Virus record (IMG/VR): IMGVR_UViG_3300046786_000692
Coordinates: 1-36,597 of that record
Source: a virus
Lineage: Duplodnaviria; Caudoviricetes
DNA: 36,597 nt
Reading direction: 5' to 3' (one strand)
In this document: piece by piece, positions 35,600 to 36,597 of the stretch
Numbering within the stretch: the stretch's first letter is position 1
Layout of the letters: each line of letters begins with the position of its first letter
Notes under the pieces: model-generated
What the model saw: the letters and a program-made list of their open reading frames with translations, nothing else
What the model was told of the DNA's origin: nothing
The model's database searches: none
Position numbers and translations under genes: made by a program

Positions 35600-36597
35600 T
35601 TAGTCCAGTTTAATTCCGAATTGATGTACGGCAGGATAGGTATTAGCGGAAGAATTGAACTGTAGCGCGACTCTCGCAACCTTAGCTTCAATTGACCCGA
35701 GATCAAAGTCAACTCGAGCTCTCATGGTATCGATAACTCCGTTTATGGTGTGTGTTGTTCCATGATTAACCTTGACGAGCATATCAAGTGATGTATTTGC
35801 GGGCATCGTACCCTCATAGTCTGCCCATCCATATCTGAGCCTGGACAGATTGTAATAGTCGGGAAATATGAGCTTTGTCGTTATGTATGAAGACGTATAT
35901 CTGTTGGATTGATCTGTTTTATCACAACGATACGTCGTGCTCAATGGATCATAATATGCGGCAAATAGATTGAATTGGTTGCCTACATCCGATGTTTTAA
36001 TGCTATATATCTTCGAGATGGTTGATGCTGTGTTCAGTGGGAATTGATGTGCTATCACTTTAGGGTATCCTGCTGCTGATTGACCAATAACATACACCCC
36101 CGCAACACCGGCTCCGGAGTGGTCTGAGACACCAACAAATAATCTATCTCTATACACACACACCGCATCCGGATATATCACGAAATTTGGATATGGCTGT
36201 GTTCTATATGGTAGAGTCATATACAGCTCTGCCTTTGTACCATTGAGATAGTAGACCCTTCCACTCTTTCCTGCAAACATCAATACAGTATTGTCGAATT
36301 CTATCATTGCGGTGATGTCATGGTCTTGTATGGGGTCAGAGAATGAGAAAGACTTGGAGTAGGTATTCCACACAAATACTTCTGCAACCTTGGCTTGTGA
36401 GGAATATACCCCACCGATCACAAGGTCTGTACCAGACTTTGCCAAAGAATTTGCAAAATATCCATAGGGTAGTGTTAGCTTTGCTGCGGTATAGGTAGCG
36501 TTGTCTACTTGAGCAATGGTGTTACCAGTTGAAATATACAGGATCCCGTTTACTTCAGCCATAACGTGCGGGTCATGTCCGGCTATCGCTTGCCAAT
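35600..36597 (-). CDS. Beta-propeller-type tail (nozzle/stabilisation) protein, 5' end beyond window
   Basis: Frame stays open upstream of 36562 (WQAIAGHDPHVMAEV...); repeated beta-blades (NGILYI, TDLVIG, DNTVLM, RDRLFVG). Confidence 0.7.
   Translation of the reverse strand, partial: WQAIAGHDPHVMAEVNGILYISTGNTIAQVDNATYTAAKLTLPYGYFANSLAKSGTDLVIGGVYSSQAKVAEVFVWNTYSKSFSFSDPIQDHDITAMIEFDNTVLMFAGKSGRVYYLNGTKAELYMTLPYRTQPYPNFVIYPDAVCVYRDRLFVGVSDHSGAGVAGVYVIGQSAAGYPKVIAHQFPLNTASTISKIYSIKTSDVGNQFNLFAAYYDPLSTTYRCDKTDQSNRYTSSYITTKLIFPDYYNLSRLRYGWADYEGTMPANTSLDMLVKVNHGTTHTINGVIDTMRARVDFDLGSIEAKVARVALQFNSSANTYPAVHQFGIKLD

Noticed and set aside
1-36597. Alternative genetic code (TGA or TAG recoding)
   Set aside because: Genes are full length in code 11, all three stops end tightly packed genes, and the 3620-aa ORF is uninterrupted.
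1-36597. Terminal direct repeat or circular overlap between window ends
   Set aside because: The end sequences do not match and fall in different genes, so completeness cannot be claimed.

Overview
Most of a tailed dsDNA phage genome (podovirus-like gene set), apparently circularly permuted: both ends cut through virion/tail genes and almost all genes are on the minus strand. In transcription order (right to left): tail and internal virion genes, a 3620-aa DarB-like polyvalent protein (N6-adenine MTase + SF2 helicase + HExxH motif), a lysis cassette (M23 peptidase, holin-like proteins), a replication/recombination module (initiator with iterons, DUF1064 nuclease, putative ssDNA-annealing protein), many small ORFs, a structured non-coding region holding a degenerate tRNA, a kinase/HNH island, an SLT-like protein, then terminase, portal, scaffold, N4-gp56-type capsid and head-tail genes. 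No integrase, DNA polymerase or CRISPR array was seen. Most starts lack Shine-Dalgarno sites, which suggests (inference) a CPR/Patescibacteria-type host. The strongest unexplained signal is an identical 16-nt motif inside two parallel promoter-hairpin-terminator leaders (capsid and lysis operons), plus a DUF2292/YezD-like small protein that is a candidate antiterminator. All family calls come from motif recognition by eye, not from database searches.
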